64,000 bases of DNA from Heteronotia binoei (lineage: Eukaryota). Shown here piece by piece: positions 39,301 to 51,800 of this stretch. Positions within the stretch are counted from its first letter, which is position 1. Every line of letters starts with the position of its first letter. The notes under the pieces were generated by a model, which was given only the letters and a program-made list of their open reading frames with translations, was not told where the DNA came from and did not search any database. Location of the stretch: positions 24,490,001 through 24,554,000 of the forward strand of contig NC_083233.1 in the NCBI RefSeq assembly GCF_032191835.1, in the 5' to 3' direction. A program made the translations under genes and the position numbers.

Positions 39301-42300
39301 AATACTTACAAGGTTTAATACATTAAGACAATATATTCTGGTAATCATCAGTTTTGGCTGTGATTGGTAGGTAGAGAGGAAATGGGCAAGAGCATATTGG
39401 AACCCAGGTATTTAGGCATAGAGAAGAGAAATATTCCAGATGGAGCAAAAGATGTTATAGTTCCCACACCAAAACTCTTGACTTCTGAGCTTTCACTGGG
39501 CAGTTCTGCCATGCCTGTCATGGCAGAAGGAAGCCTAAATATCTCAAGAGTCCAGGTTCAGTTGAAGGAGGGTTTTTTTTTTTCATTCAGAGGCACAATG
39601 GTGGCCATGTTGATTTTTTTTCAAAGCATTCTGTTGGTAGGCTTGTGCTAGAAAGAGATTTGACAATGGGTCTGCTTAGCTTAGCACCTGAGTATCAGAT
39701 TCATTTATTGCGAGGGCCGAATCAGACATAGATGTCAATTTGCTGGGCCTAGCCATGTGTGCCATAAAACAATGCCAGGTGCTGGAGAAATGAACTTTAT
39801 ACAGGACACAGGCAAACCCCATTAACAATGCTATTTTTTACTCAAAATACCAACATGCTTATAACATTAACCCTTTTACAGTGCTTCTTTACAGTATCTC
39901 CTACTTCCACTGCCCATTATGCATTAGAACTGGGACAGTGTGCAATGACTTAATGCACAACCTCTGTTGAGAGCCAGTTTGGTGTAGCGGTTAAGTGTGT
40001 GGACTCTTATCTGGGAGAACCGGGTTTGATTCCCCACTCCACCACTTGCACCTGCTGGGATGGCCTTGAGTTAGTCATAGCTCTCGCAGACTTGTCCTTG
40101 AAAGGGCAGCTGCTGTGAGAGTCCTCTCAGCCCCACCCACCTCACAGGGTGTCATTGTGGGGGAGGAAGGTAAAGGAGATTGTGAGCCGCTCTGAGTCTC
40201 TAATTCAGAGAGAAGGGCGGGGTATAAATTTACAGTTTTCTTCTTCTAAAGGTAATGAATGACCGGTTGCTCACAGGCTGGGTAAGAGCCCTGGATGGGC
40301 CAGTTTCATCCCGTGGGCCTGGCTTAGCACAAGGGAGTATGAGAGAGGGTTTGATTGGGCCCCAGAAATACATTGAGAAGATTAGCACTGTAAAGTTGGT
40401 ACTAGGTAAGTACAGTTTCAGGTAAAAGGTACAGGAGCACGTAAGACTGTATTTGTCAGATATGGGCAGCAAAGTAAGAGTTAACTAGGCCAAAAAGAAA
40501 AGCTATGGCTGGAAGACGAGAACAGGTATAGACATTGATTTATGTGAGCAATTGGATTGTGGTTTCTCACTCGCCCAAGAATGTCACCCTAGAAACGTGA
40601 GTTCCCTTCTGGCTGATCTGGTTTTCCTTTGACTCTTCTGTGCCTGCTGTCAGGCTGGGAAATCATTGCAGAAGACGAAACAAAAGAAGCGGACCACCAT
40701 GGTTCACTCACAGGCTTGGATATTTCTTCCCCGGGGATGTCCAGCCACAAGCAGGGCCACGGCTCATCAGGTATGACAGCTTTCTTCCATCTAGTTGCCA
40801 AAGGCTGCAGTCCCTTGAAAGGTCACGTGCTACTTCTAGATGCTTTTGTAGAGATGGCTGAACTCAAACCATGTGCTCTGGGTGAAAATGCTGTCCATCT
40901 CTGCCATAGTTTGCCCTTAAGCCTATCTCTGATTTTATCCTAGCCATTCCCAAAGGGGTGTTGGGTGGCATAGCAAAGGTTTCCTCCCTTTTTTATCCTG
41001 TGAGATGGGTGGAGTCTGGTTGACATGAGAAAGCACAACTGTCCATTGCTCACCCAGCAAGCTTCGTAGGTGAGTGGGGATTTGAACCCTGGTCTCCCCA
41101 GCTCTACTCCAACTCGCCAGCCAACTTCTCTTAATACATCTGTAGTTCCTTTTGCCAAACTGACTCCTAAGTACAGGTTGGTTTACTCTTAGATCCCTGA
41201 AGCTGGACTGAAATTTCTGTAAGACCTTTTTAAGGAAGATGAGGCATCTAAAATGTGCAAGCAGAGGAGATGAAACTGCAGTGTTAGCAGCATTTCTCAG
41301 GCTGAAATTTATAGCTGCGTTAAAGATCTGTTAGCTGTCTCCGCCCACACCCTTTTTTCCCTTTGCTGCTTTAACCAAGTAGAACACGATGAACTCAGAG
41401 AGATATTTAATGACATCAGTAGCAGTAGTGAAGATGAAGATGAGAGGGATCACCATGACGATGAAGACCTAAACATCATGGATACGGAAGAAGACCTGGA
41501 GAGAAGGCTGCAAGGCAAGCTGAACGAATCAGATGGGCAGCAGCAAGAAAACGAAGGGGCCAACCAGATAGGTGAGCAGCCCGGGGTGGGGGCATTATGC
41601 TGGTGGATGATCTGAATCAGTGGCTTCTGCAAGGAAATGTAATGGAGTACATGGTCTGTTTCACTGGGGAATGCCAGCTTCTGTGTTCTGTCTTCCAGCC
41701 CTGGGGATCCAGAAGCAGATCGACAATCTGAAAGACAAGCTTCAAGAGACCCAGGAGCGCAGGAAGCGCCAAGAAGATCTCATTATGAGGGTAGAGAACC
41801 TGGCTCTCAAGGTGAGTCCAGTATCAGGATCCTTGTCCTTTATTCCGTTCATCTAAGACTGGGGAAGATTTATAACCTGGAGCATCCTAGTTAAGCAAGC
41901 ATATAGAGGTCCCATATAGCCAAAAAGCCCTACTTGAGCTGGGACTTTATAAAAAGGAGACATCTGATTCAGCAGGGGAAAAAAGATGTCCCAGATAGCC
42001 AGGAAGTCCTAAATGACTTGGGTTCACATCTTGTTTGTCATCAGGGAAATTCTGAAAGTGACTAAGCAATCAGTTTGTAAGGGGGACAAGGCAACACTTT
42101 GCTGTTTCACCTTACTCTCTGGCATGTTAGGAGTGTGGAAATCTGACGCCAGTATTACAGATCCAGTTATGCAAACTGCACGGCCTGTACTTCCTTCTCT
42201 CTCTGCTATTCAGTATTTCTAGATTAAAATGTTTCAGTTCCTAGCTTCATGAGTCACCCTGAGCACTGTGTTTATGGAAGGGTGGGATAGACACTTTCTG

Positions 42301-44023
42301 AATAAACAAACTGCCCTCTTTTGTGGTCTCTTGGAGTAGGGGTCAGCCCAAGCAGGAGACCCCGCTGTGCATTTTGTTCTCATTATCATCATCGTAGTGT
42401 TTTCAGATAGAGAATAGCAGCAACAATGGTCATGTTTTCTTATTTTTGCCAGACCCGTCTGCAAGCTGTGCTGGATGAGTTCAAACAGCAAGAAGAGCGT
42501 GAGAAGCAAGAGGTAAGCCATTCACATCTGCCGTGCTGTCGAGCAGAACAGGGGATGGACCAGTTTGGCAAACCAGCAGATAGCAACTTGCAAACTTGTC
42601 AGTGGTGTATCAAAATGTCCCAGCATATTTTGAGTATGAAAAGTTTGTCAGGGAAAGAATTTGCTGTGCTTGGTAATCTAGAGGACTAAGCATGGTCTTA
42701 ACAGCTGAGTTACCAGGAAATGCTATATACTGTAGCCTATAATCTCTTAAAGAGAACCAGCGTGGTTAAGAGCAGCAGACTCTAATCGGGTTTGATTCAC
42801 TCCTCCACATGCAGCCAGCTGGGTGATCTTGGGTCAGTCACAGTTCTCTCGGAGCTCTCTTAGCCTCACCTACCACACAGGGTGTCTGTTGTGGGGAGAT
42901 GAAGGGAAGGCGACTGTAAGCTACTCCAAGACTCCTTCAGGTAGTGAAAGGCAGGGTATAAAACCAACTCTTCTTCTTAAATGGAGATATTCTTGGATTC
43001 TCTTGTGGAGAACAGCATTTATTTCCTTTTGCATCTCTGATGTCTCCTTTTTTAGTCTCGCGGCATTCAATTATGGGAACTAGACATGGGCTCACACGAT
43101 CCCACCCTGCCTTCTCCTGCATTCCACTGCAGCTGTACTTTCTGATGTGCAGCAAAACATAGTCCGTCAGTGTCCAAACCACAAAGGAAAGGGGTTTTTT
43201 TCTTGCTTCCTGAGCTGGATTGCAGCTTGTTTTGGACCAGAAAGTCTTCTATAGCGAATGGCACATGGGAGTACGCAAACCCAAGGCCTTTCTGAAGTTC
43301 TTATAATGACTAACCCCAGCTTGTCATGATGTCTGAATGTGGCTTGTGTGTGAACCTTAAACTTCATTGGTTTCACTGCTCTACAGTGGAGCCTTTTGCC
43401 ATCCCTTTCATTCCATCTTGGCTTTCCCAGGCTTGGACAGTTTATGCCCTAAATGTAGGGTTTCCCCAGGGCACCCCTCTCTGTGTCCAACAGAGTGCTT
43501 CAGATTGGTTCTGACCCTTTACAGTACAGCCACAAGCAGTATTACCCCTTTCTGAGTCTGTTGACTTGGGGTGTCACTCTGCTTCAGACTGTCGGATTAA
43601 ATACCCCCTACGGCCCCGAAGGCGTACTGGTAATTGGGTTGTTTGACCTGTTAGATGACAGCTAGGACTGAAAGTCTACTCTTTTGTCTTTTGAGGGGCA
43701 AGACTGTGCTGGCAGTGGGAGGCTGAATATGGGGAGAAAGGAAGGGAAAGGAATGGGGGAATTTGGGGGAATTGCCACAGCTTCTCAGTGAATGAGGAGG
43801 AGGAGCAGTGAGAGGAGGTGGGGGGGATGCATGTCTCCCTTGGACTGAACAGTGATGGTGCTAAGGAGGGGCAGGTCTGTTTTGCGTGCAGCCAGAACAG
43901 CTTCTGGATCTTGAATATTAAGCACTGACAATACCATCCTTACCTCTCCCCCCCCCCATTTATTCTTTTTCTCTGCAGTTGGCCTCTCTTCAGGAGCAGC
44001 TGGAAGCCCTTATGGAGAAGTAA
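33367..44023 (+). CDS. TAF7: Transcription initiation factor TFIID subunit 7 (intron-containing TAF7/TAF7L-locus gene), 353 aa
   Basis: Exons 33367-33432, 33554-33632, 34518-34651, 36399-36525, 36828-36886, 38985-39057, 40654-40770, 41383-41571, 41699-41811, 42453-42512, 43979-44023(TAA); 1062 nt in frame. [35 protein letters not shown]...[44 protein letters not shown]...[11 protein letters not shown]. Position after TIMM8A matches human TAF7L. Confidence 0.96.
34760..36016 (+). mobile_element. 5'-truncated, frameshifted CR1 LINE (RT C-terminal half + 3' UTR)
   Basis: ORFs 34846-35436 ([32 protein letters not shown]) and 35562-35831; CR1 tail at 36001-36016. Confidence 0.95.
37301..37585 (-). 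mobile_element. Sauria-type SINE
   Basis: Homologous to 16243-16535. Confidence 0.85.
37798..38060 (+). mobile_element. tRNA-derived SINE
   Basis: gagccagtttggtgtagtggttaagtgtgcggactcttatctgggagaaccgggtttgattcccc... Confidence 0.9.
39058..40653 (+). other. U12-type (minor spliceosome) GT-AG intron of TAF7
   Basis: 5' splice site GTATCCTTT (39058-39066) is the U12 consensus. Branch-like TTTTCCTTTGAC at 40622-40633, about 20 nt before the AG at 40652-40653. Confidence 0.8.
39969..40247 (+). mobile_element. tRNA-derived SINE (inside the U12 intron)
   Basis: Full-length copy with a ttcttc tail. Confidence 0.9.
42752..42980 (+). mobile_element. tRNA-derived SINE (related subfamily)
   Basis: gggtttgattc B-box and shared cctcacagggtgtctgttgtgggg core. 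Confidence 0.75.
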
Positions 44024-44411
44024 GGCTGAGCCCGAACCCCATCCCCCAGGCAGCACCAGAGGCTGTGTCATCTAGGATGTTCTGGAACTTTCCTTTGAAC
44101 TGCAAATAGCCAATGGGACAGTGTTCCATGAATGACCAATAGGCTGCTGCTAGTGGTCTTGCCTTCTTTCAGAAGCCAGCTGATGTCTTTATGGCCACTG
44201 ATCAGAAATGCAGATGCCAGTGAAAATGGGACTCCCCTTGAGAGAGAGTCATGTGGTTTGTGTACACTACTGAAATATCTCTGCAACACCTACTTTTCCC
44301 ACTTACATTTATTGTTTTCAACCAGCTGCCCCTTTTGGAGCAACATGAATTGAACTGTTATCTGCAGGTGTGGCTCTAGGGGGTGCCCAAGGGGCACACT
44401 TTTCCCTTACT

Positions 44412-44508
44412 AATAAATACACTTTTGCAAAAGAAGATGTGTGGCTTCACTCTAACTAACCTTATACAAGGGTATAATTTCATATTCATCTGTATGAAAA
44501 TGAATAAA
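44412..44508 (+). terminator. Candidate TAF7 polyadenylation signals
   Basis: AATAAA at 44412-44417 and 44503-44508; the second is followed by a GT/T-rich tract. Confidence 0.5.
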
Positions 44509-45540
44509 GTTGTGTGTATGTTTGAGGTACAGTGTGTATTTTTAAACACCTTTCCATTAGTGCAGAGCAGTGGGAGAAATGTAGCTTTTCACAAACAGCT
44601 TATATTCAAGCACATACCCCCCAAAAATCGTGTTGGTCTGTAAGATGCTACTGGACTCGAATTGAGCTGTTCTGCTGCAGACCAACACGGCTATCTTTAG
44701 CTCTTTAAATATGCTTTCTTGCCCTCATAGGACAGCAGTATGTTCTTTTTTTTTTTTCCCACATAATACTTTTTATTAGGGCCAATCAAATTACATAGCA
44801 GGAAAACGAAGACACTTCAGGTGTAAACATTCTGGTGTAGTTTGCATTGTGCTATAGATTTAAGACACAGAGCTGAGACTGACACTAGTATTCAGCGACA
44901 TTGACACTAGTTTTTTTTTTTCCAGTGAACAAAGGTCACAACATGGTTACATTTTACAAACACGCACACAAAAATAACATGTCTCCCTGCCATATCATGG
45001 TGACTTTCTCAGCGTCTGATGCCGCCAGGTTTTAAAATTTGTTTTTTTTTTTACAATTTAAATTTTTTTTGAATATTTTTATCTTTAAACAGTATACAAC
45101 AAGTACTTTTACAATATGTATATATATATTTGCCTATATATATAAAATCATTTTCTCTTTACATAAACAAAAAACAAAAATCACCCTGAATAAACCTTAA
45201 ACTTAACAAAAGTCAGTGACCTATAAAATATATGTCACTGTTAACCTATTATCTCATACCACGTATCAAATAGGCTGAGCAGTATGTTCTTAAGGCCCCA
45301 TGACTGAGGGGTGAAATGCCTTCTTTCATAACCTCCTCTTTCTCTCCCCTTCTTACTGTATTCTTTAACCATTAACCAAGGGACCTTATAAGACAGACGC
45401 TGAATGGTTTTTGTGGCCACAGTCGTAATTATCGGGTAAAATAATGTGTGTATGACTAAAGTCTTCCCTCTGTTCCTAAAACTGTTAGGTTGTGTGCTCT
45501 CTTAAAAACTTTTTAAAAAGATACATTTCATCCTCTAAAC

Positions 45541-45846
45541 TAGAGGTGGTCAAACTTGCTTAATGTAAGAGCCACATAGAATAAACGTCAGATGCCTGAG
45601 AGCTGCAAGACAGGGAGGGAGGGAGATGGAAGGAAAGCTGATAGATGGGCAGGGTAAAGTGGAAAGAGAGCAACTTTAATTTGAAATGCATTTTCCAAGC
45701 TGTCTGCTGGCTTGGTTTGGAGAAGTGATATAAAGAGAAAAATGCCTCCTCCAAGCCAGTTGGACTGGCAGTGGAGGTTTTGAGAGCCACACAATAGTGG
45801 TGAAAGAGCCATGTGTAGCTCCCGAGCCACAGTTTGGCCACCCCTG
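45541..45846 (-). mobile_element. hAT-type MITE (CAGGGGTGGCCAAAC family)
   Basis: Homologous to 2046-2344; flanks CTCTAAAC / TTTTAAAC. Confidence 0.8.
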
Positions 45847-46802
45847 TTTTAAACATACCAGATATATCGCCATCCAACACCAAATTTATGGGAATAAACT
45901 TCCAGTCATGCAGGCTAGTGGGGGGTGGGGATTGTTAATGGTGAAGGAAGATAATATTTTAACTCATTCTGTATGATATCTGTGTAATTCTTGTAATGCC
46001 TGTTTTGGACATTTCAGATTTCTCTGTGACATTAAAACTGGATTTGCAAATCAATCAGTATTCAATAGTGTGTGGAATTTAGGTGCTCCATCTCTGTCTT
46101 GGGACTCTGAACAGTGGTTCCTGCCGTTTATGGTATGGTAAGGAACAATATATATGTAATTCATGTGTTTGTTGATCCACACAATTGCTAAGGGAATCAA
46201 AAAGATTCTGCAGTTCTCCCTGCATCCCCAAAAGATGCAAGCTGTTTCACATACTAATGTCCCTTCCCTTCCTTTGTTAATAGATATACTGAAAGAGAAC
46301 CTGAAAATAGATGGTTGGATCACTACAATTATATGGGCAGCTTTCGTCTAAAAATAGATGACATTGCTAATTTCTACTGATTGTAGTTGTGAGGTTTTTC
46401 CTGACAAGATGGTTAGCAATATTTCCATATACATATTCTGTGTGATTTTAAAAGATGGTATTGTTCAGCTTCAGATATATGATACTGTGCTGCTGCTTCC
46501 TTATTTCATAGGGCTAGGATCATGTGGGGTGTCCCTTGAAATGCTGCCTGCTGAAATGGTATTTTAAGGATTTAGGACTGTTAGAAGGTCATATACACAC
46601 ACTCTTCGCACACTTGCTTGCTTCTCATCCTGCTGGTGGGGAGGGGGCTGCCTCTTTGTTTTTTGGGATGCCCACATGTAATGGTTGCTTGATGATAAAG
46701 CCAGCATTTTGGCACGCGGAAGATTTCAGGCTCAATCCCTGGCCTCGCCAGTTCAGTGGCTCTTGTATAGAGAACCTGTATAGTATTGAGAGCCACTGCT
46801 TA

Positions 46803-47010
46803 TGTAGCGGTTAGTGCTGGACACTAGTACCTGGGAGATCCGGGTTCAGTTCCTCATTTTGACACGGAAGCTCACTGGTTGACCTTTGGCCAGTTGCACT
46901 CTCAGCGTCTAACCTACCTCACAGGCTTGTGGTGAGAATAAAATGGAGGGGAGGAGAATGATGTAAATGGCTCTGGTCCCCATTGGGGAGAAAGGTGGGA
47001 TATACGTGAA
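46803..47010 (+). mobile_element. Older MIR-like SINE
   Basis: gtagcggttag...ctgggagatccgggttcagttcc head and ctcacaggcttgtggtgagaataaaatgg core. Confidence 0.6.
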
Positions 47011-47463
47011 GGAGATAAATGCGATAGGCTGAGCCATGGCAAACGCTGTTGAGAGCTACTGCCAATCAAAGTAAGCAGTGCTGGTTTAACTTGATGTATC
47101 TAGGAAGTGTTTTCAGGGCCTGGAGCATCAGGACAAGAAAATCACTGCCTAAGGAAGGACAATGTCAAAAAATTGCCCTGGTAGCTGGAACACAGCCTAA
47201 AATTGATTAATGTTCAAGAGATTTTTTTTCCAGTGTGTGATTGGTAGCTGGTTTTATGGCAGATTTTCTGCCAGAAATATGGCTGCACAGTTCTTTTAAA
47301 AGGAAGCCCTTTAACCGAGCACGATGGGAGATAGTTCCTACTGAGGTAGTAAACCAGTGCCTAGGTTGCCCCACTTCACATTGTGTTCAGATTGCATCTC
47401 AGCACAAAAAACAGTCCTGCATATGGGAAATTAGCAGGGACAAGGGTAGGCTGCAACCAGGAG

Positions 47464-47500
47464 TCATTCATTCATTCATTCATTCATTCATTCATTCATT
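47464..47500 (+). repeat. (TCAT)n microsatellite at an L2-type 3' tail on the minus strand
   Basis: About 9 TCAT units followed by tttatatcccgccc...ctcagggcggctcac; the same tail type occurs near 50850-50910 and 51195-51250. Confidence 0.85.
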
Positions 47501-47734
47501 TATTTATATCCCGCCCTTCCCACGAAGGTGGCTCAGGGCGGCTCACAACAGATAGTCAAACATAAAATTAAATTGGCATTTAAATATATAAACATTCAAA
47601 GCATTTAAAAACTTAAAAACATTAAGCATTACAATGGTATGTATAGCAAGAATCTGGTAGAGCTACATTTAATTTCCTATGTCAGTTAGGTGTAAGCTAG
47701 CCGGAAGAGGGTTGTCTTACAGGCCCTGCGGAAC

Positions 47735-48085
47735 TGAATTTCATAGATAAAGAGCGGCCGGAGCTCATTAGCACAACTCATTTGCATATGCTGCATACCC
47801 CTGACATCGCCAGAAAGTGTACTAAATTACATCAGCTCAGCATCTACCTTAAAATGCTTCTTGAATTAGCATTGTCGTCATAAAATCTGACTCCCATCAT
47901 ACTTTTAAAATTACTTTCTCCTATGCGGCCGCAGTGGAACGACGAAAATTTCCAACTGTCTGCTTTATATGTTTTGGTTATTTCCCCATTTTTTGTGGGC
48001 GGGAATATTAGAAAGTTTGTCAAATCTTAGAGTTCTGCAAAATTCTCACAGGGGGTTTGAACAACAGAGCCCAGAAGCAAGTATT
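47735..48085 (+). mobile_element. MITE family copy matching 4620-4965
   Basis: Long collinear match; ATTTGCAT octamer at 47780-47787. Confidence 0.75.
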
Positions 48086-48483
48086 GGGGTGGGTGAGCAA
48101 GTCAGCTCCAAGCTGGGACATTCCTGGAGATTTAGAGAGAAGGGACCTCATTGGGATATGATGCCATAAAGTCTACTTTCCAAAACAGCCATTTCCTCCA
48201 GGGGAACTGACCTCTGTAGCCTGGAGATCAGCTGTGATTCCAGCAGATGTCCAGGCCCCACTTGGAGGCTGGCAAGCCTAGCTACAACTCTTTTCCTTTG
48301 CAGCTCGTGCTGGGAATTTGTGCATAAAGGAATCTAGCAGAGTTCTCTTCTGAGCTCCAGCTGTGGCCTTCAGTCGGTACAGTCTGGGTAGGTCTGGCAT
48401 TTCCTCTATCAAAATCTAGGACGGGGATGTTTGCTGGCAACATCCAGAACGATGTTAGGATGGCACTCGTTTATTAGGTAGCT

Positions 48484-48523
48484 TAATCTACTTTCGGACA
48501 CTAAGCAGGAAAATCCTGGATTA
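48484..48523. promoter_or_regulatory. Cluster of CRX/OTX (K50 homeodomain)-type motifs upstream of the AIPL-like gene
   Basis: TAATCT 48484-48489, CTAAGC 48501-48506, GGATTA (=TAATCC) 48518-48523; 315-350 nt upstream of the ATG. Short motifs, chance occurrence possible. Confidence 0.4.
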
Positions 48524-48836
48524 ACCTGGTAGGGCAGGGAGAGGATCAGAAAGGCAGAGTAGAAACCATCAGAGAAGGTGTTGAGAGAGACACAGAGGTC
48601 ATCCTTTGCTTCAGGAAGAGGTTCCCGTAGAGTAGGGCTTGCTTCTACCTACGTAGTTGTGACCAACGAGAGCACATACGGCTGCATTTTGGGCTTGGAG
48701 CACCCAAAGTGGAATCCAGTCCTATCAAAACAGAGTGGGAGTGGTGGTGGGAGTTTTACCCTGAATACATTTGAAGGAGTAGGGAACCAACCATCTGTTA
48801 CTTGGAGAAGAAGGAGGATCTGCCGGCAATTCAGCC

Positions 48837-51800
48837 ATGGAGGAAACATACCTGCTTAATGTGGAAGGAGTCAAGAAAAAGATTTTACATGGAGGCTACG
48901 GGGAGCTGCCGGATTTCAAAGAGGGGAGCAAGGTAAACTTGCTAGCACTGAAGCAGTACACAGAATGTAGCATAGATCTACTGTGATGCATCTGTGTTAA
49001 GTAACAGTGGTCCCAGGTAATTCTTTCCTAGCATCCCCACTGAACACCAACCCAGGGTGCTGACTTTGTTTCCTTTTATCCTGTCTGCAGTCCCAGTGTT
49101 GTGTGACAGTTTTTTGGCTTTCCAAACTAAGCAAGCTCACTTTGGAAAAGCTAGCTGCCATCTTATTTCACCCGGGTTTTTATTTTTATTTCTAGCCTTT
49201 CTGTCAACATGGGCCTTGAAGGCAGTTTATAGTATTTTAAAAAGATTCAGGAAAATTCAATAACACCAACACAATACCTCAAATCCAGAAATGAACAGCA
49301 GTGTATATGCTGGTTTGCTTTATTTGCTACCAAAAGCTCTTGATAATGCCAGATGGTAACGTTGGCACCAGATGGATGTGTTTGGGGTAGTAGTTCCAAA
49401 GTTAGGGTGCCACCACAGAGAAGGTTCTGTCTCTGGTAGTCACCTACCTAACATCTGATGATACAGAACGAATAGACAGCTGGCTTGTTAGATTACATGG
49501 TCTAGATATCAGAGCAGTAGAGATTTATTCTTTGAGCTCCTGTCCCATCTGTCAGTGGCCCAGTGGTCCTGGACCTTGCCATTGGAAGAAAGAATAATTT
49601 CAAATAAACTTCCAATTATGAACTGCGAGCCAACTCTTTCCTGGGTACTAGACATGAAGGTTGGATGTTAAGCACAGTGAAAAGCCAGGACTTCCAGTTA
49701 TCAAGATCTGGACTACCTGGAGTCTAACACTTGTTAATTTTTGTCCATTTTGGATGCAGATCACTTTCCACTTCCAAACACTGAAGGACGACTTTGAGCG
49801 AACAGTCATAGACGACAGCCGCGAGTCTGGCCTGCCCATGGAGATCATTGTAGGAAAGATGTTCAAAATCGAGGTGTGGGAGATCCTGTTGACGTCCATG
49901 AGGATCGGCGAGGTGGCGGAGTTCTGGTGCGACCCAATTGTGAGTATGCTGCTATGCTAGAGCTGCCCTGCATCCTTTAGGTACAGGATAAGATTTCGAG
50001 AAGCTCAGCACTCTAACGGTGGTTGCAGCAAGGGGACTTAGGAAAAAAGGCTTGAACTTGAAGGGTCTGGGTCCAGATGTCTGCTTAGCATGCTGACCTG
50101 GATAGCCTAGGCAAGCCTGATCTTGGGAGCTAAACAGGGCCAGCCCAGCCTAGTTTTTGGATGGGAGATATCCAAGGAATACCAGGGATGTGACACAATG
50201 GCAGGCAATGGCAAGCCTCCTCTGATCATCCGTTTCCTTCAAGGCCCATTAGGGGTCACCAGAAATCAGCTTGACTTGATGGCAAAACTCCCCCACAAGT
50301 GTCTGCTTGGCCAGTTTGGTGTAGTGGTTAAGTGCATGTACTCTGATCTGGGAGAACCGAGTTCGATTCCCCACTCTACCACTTGCAGCTGCTGGAATGG
50401 CCTTGGGTCAGCAATCGCTCTCACTGAAAGGGAAGCTTCTGTGAGCGCTCTCTCAGCCCCACCTACCTCACAGGGTGTCTTTTGTGGGGTGGGGGAGATA
50501 AAGGAGATTGTAAGCTGCTCTGAGACGCCGAGATTCAGAGTGTAGGGCGGGGTATATATCCAATATCATCATCATCTTCTTCATAAAGTCTTGCTATAGG
50601 GCATTGAACAAATGGCCCACTCATAGCCTCAGGTTTTTTTGTTTGATATTGTGGCTGTATGGAAGAGAAAGGAAGGCTGTTGTTTACCTGGAGCCTGAGG
50701 AATGGAATTGGGCAGGCCGCACAAATTTGGCAGCTAGGTAACTCCAATCCTAAGAGTTCTTTCTTATGAGTAAGCCCCACAGAATTTACTTCTGAGCAGC
50801 CCTGCTCAGGATTCCTTCCTAAAAATGATACGCCATTTGTATGAATTTATTTATTACTTTAAATTTCTATCCCGCCCTCTCCGCAAGCAGACTCAGGGCG
50901 GCTAACAATCAGTTCTATAAAACAATTTAAAACATTTTGTGGTACTATACAATTTCAGTATGGCGGGATCTTTCGTTTTCTGTTTCTGTTCGCGATCCTA
51001 TAACTGAGCAATGCAGATAAACTACATTTGTTTATGCTTGGATAATACTCCCTCCTCTGCCAGTCATGTGATAGGGGGATAAAAAGTCCTTTATGGCACT
51101 GATGCTTTTGATTGTTAGAAATCCTCCTTCTCCCCAGCTTCTGAAATTTCAGCAGTTGTTTCCCACACCATTTTTTTCTACCTTCAGTCAGTCACATTTT
51201 ATTTGTATCCCGCCCTCCCCACCAAAGCGGCTCAGGGCGGCTAACGACAAGAACTTAATGCATACATTGCATAGCCTTAAGGGCTAGATACTTGGTTTAT
51301 TAAAACAAAATAAATCAAAGGTAAGGCTGAGATTCTTTGTATGCCAGTTTCTGCACCTAGGACTGTGCTATGGACTTATCTGAAATATTTCTGTCCTGCA
51401 CCCTCGGTTTATTGCTCCTGAGGCAGCTTTCAATCTCAGTTATTAAAGCAGATGCAATGGGACTATAGACTACAATAGCCCCACTTACAGAAAGAAAATA
51501 TGCTAATTTCCAAAGCAGGCTTTGATGACTTCTATGCTGCCATGTGGTTGCCACATTAAGTGGTTGTATAACAGTTACTTAATGCAAAATACCACTTGCT
51601 CAGGCCCCTACCCACCTACCTACCTGCTGCTTCTCTGCCTTATTCTCTTGGTATGTGTATGGCTATATTTGGATATCTGGATATTTGGGTTAATCTGGAT
51701 AAAGTGTTCTCTGTTTCCAAAGGCTTCTACTGGACATCAGAGGTAGGCAGGGCAGGATTAACATAAAATCCAGTTGAGGAAAGAAAGGCAGACAGTTAAG

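Noticed and set aside
44700-45540. AT-rich tract possibly from an L1/Tx1 3' end or an unannotated exon
   Set aside because: No recognisable peptide or second copy in the window.
48578-48859. 93-aa ORF as an N-terminal extension of the AIPL-like protein
   Set aside because: Different frame from the ATG at 48837, non-ATG start, no family similarity.
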